This document shows positions 11,782 to 26,700 of a stretch of 64,000 bases of DNA, piece after piece. The notes under the pieces are model-generated. The model worked only from the letters and a program-made list of their open reading frames with translations. It was not told the DNA's origin and made no database searches. This DNA comes from Chiloscyllium plagiosum. Its lineage: Eukaryota. Position 1 is the first letter of the stretch, and the number at the start of each line of letters is the position of its first letter. A program made the position numbers and the translations under genes. Location of the stretch: the NCBI RefSeq assembly GCF_004010195.1, contig NC_057750.1, positions 1,922,929 through 1,986,928 of the forward strand, given 5' to 3'.

Positions 11782-14700
11782 CTGAAACATAAACGTGCAA
11801 GATAACAATCAATTTCTGCAATACGATGTGTTATTAGTTTGTAGACAGTATTATGGTTACTTGCCAACATAAATAATAAAAACACTGCTGATAGAAAAGG
11901 GAAAAGACTTCAACTCAGAATCGAAAGCACAGCAGAAAGTGGTCTGACACTATTAGGTGTCATCAAAGCCAGATGCTGATCTCGCAGTAATCTCCATAGA
12001 CAGAAGTTATACCCAGCTCTAAAAAGAAATGCCTACGAAAGAAGTGTTATGGCTGAAAGCTGCAGTAGTTGTACACTCTGTAAAACTTGGGATTGTATAG
12101 TTAACTAAATGGAATATTAACATCTTTACACAAATTTCTCTGAACATCAATTAATAGCGTGCAGAACATAAAACCTTCTTGTTTTACTTCAAAAAGGGGC
12201 AGGTTACCTGAAATAAGGTTATGTTCTCTCACTGTGGGGGTGGTGAGTTGAGGGCCATGTTGCCAAGAACACCCAGATTTTTTTCCCTAAATTTGCTAAA
12301 GGCTTTTCATCTGTTTTATTCTCTCAGACAATTACATCTGTTGGAGGGGGGGGGGGGGAAGAGATGTGGGAGCCATGATTAATTACATACTGACTAATGC
12401 TTTGTTAAATAACTCCACTGTAAAGAGTCTGGGAGGGTTTTACTGTGTTAAAGGCAATCTACAAGTCCAAATTGTTGTTTGTCTTGAATATATTCAACAG
12501 ACCAAGCTGGTCTCTTCCTGTCCATCTTTTCAGTCTTGCAGTTTCACCTCAAAAGGAGCAGAAAGGAGAGGCTGATAGGAAACATGAGGTCACACAACCT
12601 TCCTGTGCACAGTCTAAAGAGAAGGCTGCTCATGGCTTTGGAGTGAAAAGCAGAACACACAACTCCTTGGTACTCACCTAAGAATGTAGAGCAACATTAT
12701 ATGAATCAGACTTTCCAGTAGGAAGTCAATCTGCAAAGGTGTAAATAGAAGTTGGACATGGGGGGGCTTTTGGAAGCAGAAACATCTGAAGCACAATTAC
12801 CTGGCATCTGGGACTCCCCAAAACAAAAGTCTCCAGCTCAAGAGGCAGAAACCTCAGCTGATTTGCTGCAATTCTCTACATTGCAACAGTCACTGTTTTT
12901 CAAAAGGAATTAAAGTACTGTGAAGTGTTTTGTATCAGCGAGTGGTAGCAGGCTCTATAAAAACAAAAGTTACTTCTTGAGCACCTCAATAATGTTTAAC
13001 CAGAAAAATAGTAACATTGCAATGTCAGACTGAAATTTCACCTAAACCCATCATTCACAATCCAACCTACTTTGTGCATTCTTTACATGGGAAATTTCCC
13101 ACAGTAAACTTTTTCTCATTCTTGTCTTGGACTCCTGTCTGACAGTGAACTGATGGAGAAGGGTTAGGCTTAGCCCGTACAATTTTCTTCTTTAGTTTTT
13201 CTCTGCTCACGCTTGTCTGGGAAGGAATGCTTGTACTCTCTGAGAATGACTAAGGGGTGAAAAGGAAAAAAAAGTTGAAAATATTTACTCACAGCGGTCT
13301 CTGAAAATATTACAAGTGATTATATTTGCGGTTCCTGATACTAAATGTGTTTCCTGCAAAGAAAGAGAGTTCAAGGATACTATAGGTCACCTAGTCAGTC
13401 TTAAGAATCAAATCCCTTTCATACTACTTATTACCAAAAGTATATTTCAGCTTCTCTTAATGTTCTCAGATGACTTGCCTGCTCTGCCTCTCTGGTTAGT
13501 TGTCCCTATCGCTTTTTCATCATGCTTTGCCTAAAGCTAATTCATCAACTATTTAATCATTTTCCCTAGCTCTAACAATGCCAAACTTCATCAGTACTGC
13601 ACAGAAATATCAATCTGTTGTTTATAAACTCCCAATCTGGTGCAAAGCTTGAAGATCTAGAGGTGAGTGGCTAGGCTAGAATGTCTGCTAGACAGACTCA
13701 AATAATTCACCATCTTGCTGATATGTGCTACCCTGACCTTTCAATCTATATTGAAAGTTAAAATTCTCTATTACAATTAACCTCTCACTGCAAGATCCTT
13801 GACTAATTTTTGTATTTATACAGCTGTAACTTCACACTTGTTACAGGGGGTTTATGTACAAATCCTATTACAGTCTTAAATTGTTTTCTATTTTTTAATT
13901 ATACCCATAAAGTATCCACTATGTTTTTACCTTTTTGCTATATCCTATCAAGGAAGTTCAATGATTTCATCCTTAATGAGTAAACCTCCTGTTCAACCAT
14001 TTTTCATCTATCCCAGAGACCCTACAAATCTGGTATATTTAGTTCCCAGTCTTGACCATCTTGCAGCTACGTCTCTAATGGATCCTAAATCTCCACATTT
14101 AATACATTGACAATGCAAATTCAATTTGTTCCTTATACACCATAGATGTGCACAATGAATATGTATTTGGGTCAAACGTACTTATTTAGAACATTACAGC
14201 GCAGTACAGGCCCTCATTGACCTGTGAAACCAATCTGAAGCCAATCTAACCTACACTATTCCATTATCATCCATATGTTGTTCTTCTCTAGTGTTGTATT
14301 GATAGCAAGTTTCACTCTTTTCACCTGTTTAATTTATTTAAACCTTTTCATTTTGCTCGCATCTACAGTATTGAAATGTCAATTTCGGTTAACTCTACCC
14401 AGTTTCTCTTTGTTTGTTTCTCAACTATCTTGCCCTGAAACAGCAGCTCCTTCCCCCCCTCTCTTTCTAGATTACACTTCTTGTCCTATATATCCACTTC
14501 AATAGGATGATGGTCTCACAGCCCATGTCACATAGAGCTTCTCACTCTGCCAGTACTCCATGAAATGGTATTCCATTTTTCAATATGTTCCTAATAGATT
14601 TATCTTGATGCCTGAGGTTAAAATCTGAGGTCCTGTTCTCTACTTTAGCCCCTGGTTACTGTAGGAGCTGCTAACCCCTACCTACCTAGGTACTCATCTT

Positions 14701-17700
14701 GCTAACACTTCCCAATGTAGTTGTGCCACTATTCCGCTCTCTCCTTTTCCAGACACAACGATGTGTCCTAGACCTTGGCACTGGGCAGGCAACGCAACCT
14801 TCAGAACTCCTGGTCAAAGAGGAAAAAGTACCTTTTTCCGACTACTGTTTCCTCATACAACCCCATTCCTTTTCACGCTTTCCATGTGTATGGCCTCATG
14901 CACCATTGTTGCAAGGTAGCTTGTCATCCACTCTGCAGACTGCTTCATCTATGCAGGCAGCAAAGGCCAAGTCACCTGGAGTACTGCAGCTGGGGTCCCC
15001 TTACCTGTTTGCACCTTGTCCCCTCACTAACCTGAGCATAAATAGCAGCATTTCTAACCAGCTTTTTTATTTCTTTTCCATCAGCGGGACTCTCTGTCTC
15101 AGGCTTTATCTCGTCTTCCTCAAGCAAGTGTGTTCGCTTCCACTCAAACTTTAGCTGTTTCTTCCAGGTGTAGTAATATTCAACACACTGTGCCACGGTC
15201 TTGTGTTTTATCTGAAAAACAGCAGGACCCATGAAAGCAATAATCCTGTTTTTTCAGGGTTGATTTTCTGTGTTTGTGCTAATAGTGGGGAGTCTCACTC
15301 GGAGGAATAAACATGCGCACATTTTGGATCCAGAGCTCTATAATTTCTTTAAAGTACAGAGTGAGGTGTCATTGGTTGTGGTCATTCATAAAACCTGCTC
15401 TGTAATCTTTACTAAGGGTGCATCCTACTACTCAGTGTTTAAATCATCCCTTTTTTGAAAAGTATGTTTTGATTCAGCTGGCTGAACAGTCTTGAAGGTA
15501 ACATGGGCATCTATAGAGTTTTAAACTGGACAGATAGTCTAGTCTGGTGGATTTTTTTGATATAGAATAATCGTAATAATGCCTTAATGCATAGTCTGTC
15601 CTATATTCATCAGCTGCTCTGACTCAATACTTACCGATGCTCACAACTAGAAGTTCTCAATTTTAGAATTAAACTGCTGTACAGTTCCACTGCAAAACAG
15701 CAATTTCTAACAGTTCCACTGACACAGAGGGGAAGCAACAACCCAGTAGTAATATCACTAAACTATTAATCCAGAGACACGACCAATGTTCTGGGTACCC
15801 AAGGTTCAAATCCCAGCATGACAGATGGTGGAATCTAAATTCAATAAAACTCTGATCTAATGATGACCATTAATCCATTGTTGATTGTCAGGAAAACCCC
15901 ATCTGGTTCACTGATGTCCTTTTGGCAAGGAAACAGTTGTCCTTACCTGCTCTGGCCTACATGTGACTCCAGACCCGCAGCAAGGATTGACTTTCAAATT
16001 AGGGATGGGAATTAAATATTGCCCTGGCCAGTGATGTCCATGTGCCATGAATGAAAAACAAATCAATGACCTCTTTGCGGAAAATAGTGGTATATGCTGT
16101 GAGCTCATAGAGGTGGTCACAGTCCCCTTCCTAATTTATTTCATTCAAGTTCCTTCAGCTTAGTAAGCCAGGAAAGATTGATTTAAGAAACAGTTACAAC
16201 TTGGAATAGGAATATGGAAAGATAAGCTGAAAGGCTTTCTATGTCCAAACCATTTTTTTGTAGAGAGAGTTTTATTCTCTGCACTGGATTCAATCCCAAG
16301 CTACACAAATATAAAATAATTCTTTTACTGGCATCAGCCAGTTATCATTTTGAAACATCACTTAAAATCCTAACAGATGCAGTCCTTTTCTCTTATCACT
16401 AGGTGGTAGCAGCAAACTGTGAAATATAGCAGGGAATTCTCAATGGAACAAACAATCTAAAATTACAGTACAACTTCATAATGCAGTATTATTAATAATA
16501 CACAAATATTTAATCAATTATAGTTTTGTGATTGTTTTACCAAGGGTGCCCAAGATGTTTGACTGTGAAACGTTTCTCGACAGAGTTAATACTACATTTT
16601 ACTTTGGAGCCACTGCATCCTGCTAACCCAAATATATAGTTTAGGCTACATCATCTTTTATTAAATTCTTACAAATTCCATGGTCAAGTTATAAATAGAT
16701 CATGCACTAGTAATGTGCTGTTAGTGCTAGCTGATTAAATACTGGATGATGCAATGCAGTCAGAGTCCAATTTGCTCCGAATGCTGGAGGTTCAGACTGT
16801 CCAGGTGAAAGCTCCCTCTGTATATGAACTGCCCAAATCAAAACTACTTTGGACAGGACCCCAATATTCAATACTACGGAGATCAAGATGGCAGTGTAAC
16901 CTAGGAAACCCATAGACTAAAGGCACAAGCAAAACATGCAGCATCCAGAACATTCTGGGAACACTTACAGCGGAGGTGGAGGAATTGGGAATATGGGTTG
17001 GGTACAGGGACATCGACCACCTCAATGTGTCCACCGCCCTCACCCACTCCAACCTCTCACCCACTCCAACCTCTCACCCACTCCAACCTCCCACCCTCAC
17101 AATGCACAGCCCTCCGCTCCAACCCCAATCTCACCATCAAACCCCAGCGGGGGGGCCGCAGTAGTAGTGTGACGCACCAACCTCTACACCCCTAAGCCAG
17201 GCGCCAACTCACAGACACCTCCTCCTACTGCCTCCTTGATCATGAGCCCACCTCCCAATACCAAACCATCATCTCCCAGGCCATCCAAGACCTCATCACC
17301 CTCTGGGGAATTCCCACCCACAGCTTCCAACGTCACTGTCCATGAATCCCTCACCACCCGATTCTACCTCCTATTGAAGATTCACAAACCTGATTGCTCC
17401 GGTCGACCCATTATCTCAGCCTGCGTCTGTCCCACTGAACTCATCTCTTCCCATCTCGACACTGTCCTGTCCCCCTTAGTCCAGGAACTCCCCACCTACA
17501 TTCATGACACACCCATGCCCTTCACCTCCTCCAAGATTTTCATTTCCCCAGCCCCTAGGTGTCATCTTCACCATGGACATCCAGTCCCTGTACACATCGA
17601 TCCACGGCGACAAAGGTGTCCAAGCCCTACATTTCTTCCTCTCTCGCTATACCAGCCAATATCCTTCCACCGACACCCTCAACCGCCTGTCTGAACTGGT

Positions 17701-20700
17701 CCTCACCCTCAACAACTTCTCCTCCCACTTCCTCGACCCAAAGGAGTAGCCATGGGCACCCGCGTTTGACCCAGCTATGCCTGCTTGTTTGTCGGATACA
17801 TGGTCCACTGTTACACCAGCACCACCCCCCGCCTGTTCCACCGCTACATCGATGACTGTATCAGCGCCTCCTCATGCTCCCACGAGGAGGTTGAACAGTT
17901 CATCAACTTTACCAAAACCTTCCACCCTGACCTCAAATTCACCTGGACCATCTCGGACACCTCCCTCCCCATGCTGGACCTCTCCATCACTGTCTCCGGC
18001 GACCGACTAACCACAGACATCTACTACAAGCCCACCTTATTCCCAATTCTTCTGCTTCTGTCACAGCTGTTCCCAGGATGGCCAATTCCACCTCAAAGTC
18101 CCAGATGGCCTCCTTCTTCATGATCGCAACTTCCCTTCCCACATGGTTGATGATGGCCTACAGTGCATCTCCTCCACTTCATGCACCACCGTAATTTAAC
18201 CCCACCCCTCCCAATGCAACAAGGACAGAAACCTCTTGGTCCTCACCTTCTACCCCACCAACCTCTGCATACATCACATCATTCTCCGTCACCTCCAAAA
18301 GGACCCCACCACCAAAGATTTATTTCCCTCACCACCCCTATCAGCACTCTGGAAAGACCATTCCCTCTACAACTCCCTCGTCAGGTCCACACCGCCTACC
18401 AGCCCCACCCCACACTCTGGCACCTTTCCCTGTCACAAGAAGTCAAAACCTGTGCCCACACCATTCCCCTCACCTCCATCAAAGGCCACAAGGGATCATT
18501 CCACATCCGTCTGAACATTACCTGTTCCTCTAGCAATGTCATCTGCTGCATCTGTTGCACCCGGTGTGCGCTCCTCTACATCGGGGAGAAAGGACACCTT
18601 CTTGTGGACAGTTTCCGAGAACATCTCTGGGACACCCGCACCCACTAACCCCACTGCCCCGTGGCTGAATACTTCAACTCCGCCTCCCACTCCATCAAGG
18701 ACATGCAGGTCTTGGGCCTCCTCCACAGTCAAACCGTTACCACCTGATGCCTGGAGGAAGAACGCCTCATATTCCGCCTTGGGACTCTGCAACAGGATAA
18801 ATGTGGATTTCAACAGCTTCCTCATTTCCCCTCCCCTCCCACATTATCTCAGTGCCAAGCCTCCAACTCAGCACCACCCTCCAGACCTGTCCATCACTCC
18901 CCCCTGACCTGTCACCTTCTCCCTCACCTTCATCCGCCTATCACTTTCTCAGCTACCCATCTCCCCCCCCAACCCCTCTCATTTATCTCTCAGCCCCGGC
19001 CCACAAGCCTCATTCCCGATGAAGGGTTTTTCCAGCAACACACTCTTGACTCAGCATCCTGCTACATCAGTTTACCACCCAAGTGAAGGTATGAACTGCC
19101 TACAACAAATTTAATGTACTACACAGGCTCAATTTCTTACAAGTTGAAGAATGGTGCATCTCAACTGACTTAACATGCTAATTTTGCCATTTAATTATCT
19201 CTTACCATCTTCTGCATCAGGAAGAAATCCTTGTTGTTAAGGCAAATTGCCCTATTGAACAACCTTTTCTCTGCCGTAGTCCACTTCTCAGTACCTAAAT
19301 TCAAAAGAAAACCCTGAAGAATTAACAATGTACAGGTGAAATGACAAACAGCAATTGTCAAAAGTTTGAAAAGGGTACAGGATGTGCTGGAATTACACCC
19401 CAGGCCATTCAGCACATGAAAGAGAAAACTCATTAAATTCCAGTCAAACATTTAAATCAAGAAATGTTCAAACGGAACAGTCTCTTTTCAATATTGACTG
19501 ATCAGTTCTTTGCATCATTTTCTGGTCTCACCACAGATTTCTTCAAGTCACTTTTCATTTTTTTTAAGCTGTTTATTTATGAAGTGTATAAGATATATCT
19601 ATTTCACCTCTGTAATAGCTTGGCTATTATTAATGACATCTTCGAGGAGAAAGTGAGGTCTGCAGACTCTGGAGATCAAAGCTGAAACTTTATTGCTGGA
19701 ACAGCACAGCAGGTCAGGCAGCATCTAGGGAACAGAAGATTCGACGAAGGGCATGTGCCCGAAACGTCGAATCTTCTGTTCCCTAGATGCTGCCTGACCT
19801 GCTGTGCTATTCCAGCAATAAAGTTTCAGCTATTATTAATGACATCAGTGCTGAACCACATCACTTGACGAAATGGAAAAGGAATGCACAGCAGAAAGCG
19901 GTCCCACTCACCCTGTCAGTCAAAAGAAGTGCATGGTTTCTAGGTTCATTAATTTGTTGATGATTGCCATAAAGTGCCAAAACACACTGATGTTCTGGCA
20001 CACAGCTTTGGAGTATTAGGATCATGGAGCTCCAAGACAAGGTGCTGTACACAGTGACAAGTAGTGGTAAAATAACTTGCATTTCAATGGCTCCTTTCAG
20101 GTGTCGCAAAGCACATTACAGCCAATGAAGTACTTTTATTTTTGATATGCAGTCACTGCTAAAATGTAAGAAATGAAGCAGCAAACATGCATTAAACAAG
20201 CTTCCACAATAATCTGTTTTTGTGATGTTGACAGAATGATCAATACTGGCCTAAACATTGTAATTCCAGCACACGGTGATATGGAACAACATAGCAATGG
20301 AGCTCCAGCCCAACAATCTGTTTGCCTCTTCACCAGGGAATCAGTGAATCATAAATTGATGCTATACATGAGGTAAGATGAAACTGCTTAGAAACAAAGA
20401 GAGAGACAGTAGAGGTGCTGCTCAAATTGAAATGGTCTCTTCCAATATAAAACAGGATGTTTGCTGAAAGATAATAACCTTATTTACTTTCCATTCTTAT
20501 CCTTGCTATATAAAAAGTGAAAGCTCCATGGTTAAACCCACTCAGCAGAAATTAGCTAGTCATAAACAGCAGGAAAGCCTCAGGTTCGATGCTCAATTTG
20601 TGCTGAAAGCCAAGGATAGAGAGAGAAAGAAAACAATCAGCCAGCATTCCTACTCCTGGCTATCCATCTGCATAGCACATGTGGGGTACGGACAAGGACA

Positions 20701-23700
20701 GATCTGAACTCAGCCCACTACCACCATAGCTCAATATCCTACAAACAAGCAAGCATAGGCAAGAAAGACAACCATTTAGATGAGAGAGCAAATTGTCCTG
20801 TACATCGTCCACCAACACAGAGAAGATAATGACTTACGATATTTTTAACCTTGGATGAATTAGTCTTGTACCCAACATTTAAACAGTTGATTCTAAAACT
20901 ATCGCTATAGTAATTACAGATGCAACATTTCTTTTTCAACATTTCCCTTCGCACAATCCAAGATCCCAAACAAACCTCTCTGGTGAATTAGCAATTTACT
21001 TGTACTTCTTTCAATCTACTATATTCTTTGCTCACAATGTGTCCCCTCTGCAGTGGCAAGAAAAAAATGCAGGCTAGGTTGTTTGTAATTCCAATAAACA
21101 GTTTCGCTCTCATGCTAACATTTCCATCCTCAGCCTGCTGCAGTGTTCAAGCAAAGCTCAACACAAGATGGAGGAATAGCACCTCATTTTCCACTAAGAT
21201 ACTTTACAACCTTCAGGAGTCAACATGGTCTTAAGTTCTTCACTCAATGAACTCTGTCCTCCGTTTTGATTCTTTCATTCTCCAAATCCCCAATCAAGTG
21301 TTTTGTTTGCATGGATTTGCTCTCAACAGAACTGACCTATTTTCTGTTATTTAACACCTCTCATTAATATCTACTCTACATCTTCTTTTGACCACCATTG
21401 CATTCTCTTTGCCTTTTGCTCTGGGGCACCTTTCCTTTCTGCTCCACTATTTCAAAGGTGCTGCCAGACCTACTGAGTCTTCCCGGTACATTCTGTTTCT
21501 AAGTCCACTGAAATGCTTCCGTTTCAATTAATAACACCCAGGTGGGAGCTAAATTCCAGCCAGGTGAAGAGCTGAACATCAGAAAGCTTAAGAGTGAGAA
21601 ATGAAAACTTAGGCAATGAAGACAGCTGTTTTATCCAAATAGGCTCTCTATTTCCAAACATAAGACCTGCTGATTACATTTACAAATTAATTCCCTTCCA
21701 ACAGGTATTAATCAAATTTATTGACACAGGCTTTCTGCAGTCCAAAATTAGGGTTTGCTCTTGCCATACAGCAGTGCAAGCTAGCTTGTCCAACCAAATG
21801 AGGTTGGGTTCGACATCCGTCAAGGCAGAGAGTTTAGTGCTGAAAACAGTGAAGCTACTGAACCACCTGAACATTGAATCTATCTTTCATGTAAGTGGCT
21901 GTGCTCTTACCAGTGTAGTGGTAATCTCCCAAGGGGTGACAAGGGTCTCGCCTTACACCTTTCATTAGTAACATATCCAGGGCAGCCTACAAAAACAAAT
22001 ATCAAGAGGAGCCGGAAATAAGATGAATCTGAATTAACACATTTGAATAAACTTGATCTGAAGCCATTCTAAGAAAGTTAATGCATTTCAAAATATCAGG
22101 TGAAGAAATCTGATGTAAAAGTCTGACATGCTAATTCCAAGCTGTCATTCAATAATATAACTGAATTCTAAATCCATACAATTTGCTGTATAACACAAAG
22201 CAGGGGCTTTATTTACAGAGATGTGAATTGTGACTTGCAACTTGTGATTTTAAACAAACTGCAACAGAAATTAGTCTTGGCCAATTCCAGTGCAGACTCT
22301 AAGTCCACCTGACAATCCACCAACATGCATATCTCTGGACTGTGGGAAGAACCAAAGCACCCAGCAAAAACTCACAGAGACAGGGGGAGAAGATGCCAAA
22401 AGATACCTAACGGCAAGTCACACACTCCACAGCCGAGAGGCCAAAGAGGGATAAGTGGGTGGGATGATTGCAGAATCCATGACGTGGAGGAGGCGATATT
22501 GGGCTAGGGTGGACAAAGTTAAAAATCACACAACAACAGGTTATAATCCCAACAGGTTTATTTGGAAGCATTAGCTTTTGAAGCACTGCTTCGTCATCAG
22601 GTACATGTGGAGCAGTACCATAAGAGACAGAATTTATATCAAACAAAACCAGATTGTTGTTAAGTCTTTTCTCTTTTAGAATGGATTACAGGGTTCGGTT
22701 CATTAATATGTAAATCCCAGAACTTCTTTAAGTCACATTCTTAAGGTTTTATAAAAAAGTGACATCTCAGCTCAGACAATGTATTAAAGGTGTGAGGTTA
22801 GAGTCGTACCCAATCTTGAGTCAGACTGGTTCTATTTCCAAAGTAGAATTTACAAATTATTACATGGATTGACTGCCTGCAGGTTGTGCACTTTTTCAGC
22901 AAAATAGAATGTATCTGCAAATATAGTTCTGCAAATACAAATTCAATTATAAATAGACATAACTCTGTGCGAGTGCAGGAGAGAGAATGTGTGTGTGCAT
23001 GTGTGTGAGAGTGTGTGTTTGCGTGTGCGCAAGCTTGGTTAAGTGTGTGTGTGTGATGAGGTATAAGCCTGTGAGAGGGTGCATGCATGGGTGAGAGTCT
23101 GGGGGTGTATGTGTGTATGAGATAGAGTGTGTGTACAAGAGAGGGTCTGTGTGTGTACGAGAGAGAAAGGGAGAGAAAGGGAAGAGAAAGAATAGTGTAG
23201 TGGAGTCACCTGTTGTGTGACATGAACCCAAAAGTCTCGGGTGAGGCCATCCTCATGGGTACCGAACTTGGCTGTTAGCCTCTGCTCAGTCACTTGCGTT
23301 GTTGCCTGTCCCGAAGTCCGCCTTATAGGCGTCAATCCATGTAATATTTTGTAAATTCCACTTTCGAAATAGAACCAGTCTAACTCAAGACTGGAATACA
23401 GACAGACTTTAACCTCACACCTTAAATGCTGTCACCATTATTTTATCAAACCTTAAATTATCTTGAGACTGTGACTTAATAGTAGTTCTGGGATTTACAT
23501 ATTAGTGAACTGAAACCTGCAACCCATTCTAAAGGAGGCAAGATTTAACAACAATCTAGGTTTGTTTAATATATCATTTCAGTTGCATGACACTATAATC
23601 TTTTGCTATAAATTCTGTGTCTTATGTTTCACACATGCCTGATGAAGGAGCAGTGCTGAGAAAGCTAGTGCTTCCAAAAACAACTGTTGGGCTATAACCT

Positions 23701-26700
23701 GGTGTTGTATGATTTTTAACTATTGCAGAATCATTGCATTCCTTGTGGCCAGAATTGGCAAGTGGCAATGTAAGTGCATAACATTTGTGTCCAGTTACAG
23801 CATACTTGGGTTGTGATTACATCTAACAAATACTTCCACTGCACCTCCTTTATCTCTGAGAATTAGTTGCCCTAACTCTACCTTGACTGACCACCAACTA
23901 TTAAAACATGCAAAAGTAATATTATGCTTTATGTTTACTCCTTCACTTGTCAGACTTCTAAAAACACAGGAAATAGGAGTAGGCCATTCAGCCCATCAAG
24001 CTTGCTTCACTATTCAAAAAGATCACAGCTGATCATTCTATCTCTACCACATTTCTCCCCCAACTATTGTCAAATTACTTGATGTCATTAATATCCATGA
24101 ATCTAGAGATTTCAGACTTAAATATGCTCCATTATTGAGCTCCCGTAATTCTCAGAGGGTAGCACAGTGGCTACCACTGTTGTCTCACAATGCCGAGGAC
24201 TCAGGTTCAATTCCAGCCTCGGGTGACCGTCTGTGTGGAGTTTGCACATTCTCCGTGTCAGCATGTGTTTCCTCAGGTGCTCTGGGTTCCTCCCATGGTA
24301 CAATGATGTGCCATTGGATTAGCCACGCTAAATTGCTCTATAGTGTCCAGGGATGTGGAAGCTAGGTGGATTAGAAGTGTTGAGAGTCTGGGTGGAATGC
24401 TCTTTGGAGGGTTAGTTCAGACTCGATGGGCAGAATGACCTCTATCTGCAGCACTGTAGGGATTTTATGAGAATTCCAAATATGCAAACATCCTCAGAAT
24501 GAAGTAATTCCTCCTCATCTTAAACGTCCTTTCCCCTATTTTGAGACTGCCCTCATGTCCCTCTCCAGTCAGGGAAAATATGCTCCCTGTTACATCCACC
24601 CTGTCACAGCCTGCAAGAACTCTGGTAGTTTAAATTATGTCACCTTTCATTCTTCAAAACTCCACAGAATACAAATCCAGGATCTCATAGTAAATCAGCT
24701 AATATTTGTGTCACAAAAATGTCATAACAATGACCATCTCCAATAAGAGAAAATTATAACCATCCACTGGATGTCATCCCTTGACATTCAGTGGCATTCC
24801 TGGCTCATAATTCCCCACTGTTAACATCCTGTGCTTTACCACTGACCAGAAACTGAACAGGACTAACAACGTCGGTATGGTGGGTACAAAAACAGCTAAC
24901 TGAGTAGATCTCTTGCAGCGAGCAACTCACCTCCTGACTTCCCAGAGCCTGTCAAACATCTATAAGGTAGACGTCAGGAGTGTGACTGAATACTTCCCAC
25001 TTGCTTGGATGAGTGGAACTCCAACACAAAGCAGTCTACTTGATAGACACCACATCAACAAGCATTCACTCTGCCACCAATACTCAGTAGCAGCAGTGAG
25101 TACTATCTACAAGCTACATTGCAGAAATTCCCCAAAGCTCCTTAGCAGCTTCCAAACCCACAATCACTACAATCAGGAAGAACAAAGGCAGCAAATACGT
25201 AGCAACACCATCACCTACATGTTCCCCTTCAAGACCCTCACATCCTGACTTGGAAATATATCACCATTCCTTTTGTGACGATGGGTGAGAATCCTGGAAT
25301 TCCATTCCTAACAACATTGCAAGTGGACTCTAGTGATTCAAGGAAGCAGCTTACTGCCATCTTCAAGAGTAATGAAGGATGGACAATAAATCCTGGCCCA
25401 GCCAGTGATTTCCACATCCCATGTCTTCTACCAGGGAGTAGTCTGATGTATCTCTGTTGCACTCCCTCTATAACAAGTATATCCTTTGTTAGATAAACAA
25501 AATCTGCTCATAATACTCAAGGTGCAGCGCACCTAAGTTCTATACAAGTTCAGCAAGACATTTTTACTCCTGTATTTATCTCTGAATGAACAGCAGCATA
25601 CCACTTGCCTTTCTAGCTGCTTGCTGCTCTTGCACACTAGCTTTTAATGACCCATTCTAAAGACACCCAAGTCTCTTTGGAAACCAACGCTTCCCAACCT
25701 CCCACCATTTAAGAAATACTATGCCCTTCTGATTTTTTTCTACCTTACTGGATGATCTCTCATTTATTCACATTGTATTCCAACTATCCTGTTCTTGCCC
25801 ATACACAGCCTGTCCAAATCCATTTGGAGCCTCCTTGGATCCAGCTCATCTCCAATTTTATAGAACGTTACAGCACAGTACAGGCTCTTCGGTCCTCGAT
25901 GTTGCACCAACCTGCAAAATTAATCTGATGCCCATCTAACCTACACTGTTCCATTATTATCCAGATGTATGTCCAATACCCATTTAAATGCCCTTAACAT
26001 CGGCGAGTCTACTACTGTTGCAGGCAGGCCATTCGACGCCCCTACTACTCCGAGTAAAGAAACTACTCCTGATATCTGTCCTAAATATATCACCCCTCAA
26101 TTTAAAGCATGTCCCCTCATGTTAGCCTTCACCTTCCGAGGAAAAAGGCTCTCACTGACCACCTGATTTAACCTTGTGATTATCTTATATGTCTCAATTA
26201 AGTCACCTCTCAACTTTCTTCTCGCCAATAAAAACAGGTCTCAATTCCCTGAGCCTTTCCTCGTAAGACCTTCCTTCCATATCAACATCCTAATAAAGCT
26301 CCTCTGAACCTTTTCCAAAGCTTCCACATCCTTCCTATAATGTGGTGACCAGAACTGCACGCAACACTCCAGGTCCAGTCTTACCAGTGTCTTGTACAGC
26401 TGAAGCATGATCTTGTGGCTCTGAAACTCAATCCCCTTACCAATAAACACCAACACACCATATGCCTTCTTAACAACCCTATCGACCTGGGTGGCAACTT
26501 TCAGGGTTTTATGCACCTGGACACAGACCTCCCTGTTCATCTACACTGCCAAGAATTTTACCATTTGCCCAGTACTTTGCATTCCTGTTATTTCTTACAA
26601 AATTAACTACCTACACTTTTCCACATTAAACTTAATTTGTCACTTCTCAGCCCAGCTCTGCATTGTATCTATGTCCCTCTATAACCCACAACATCCTTCG

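Noticed and set aside
19644..19828. Inverted-repeat elements as DNA-transposon MITEs or miRNA genes
   Set aside because: Variable 12-18 bp TSDs, asymmetric arms and identity to Penelope termini point to retrotransposition; nothing supports a miRNA.
22975..23190. His/Thr-rich ORFs over a (TG)n/(GA)n tract
   Set aside because: Low-complexity microsatellite inside a Penelope family 2 element.
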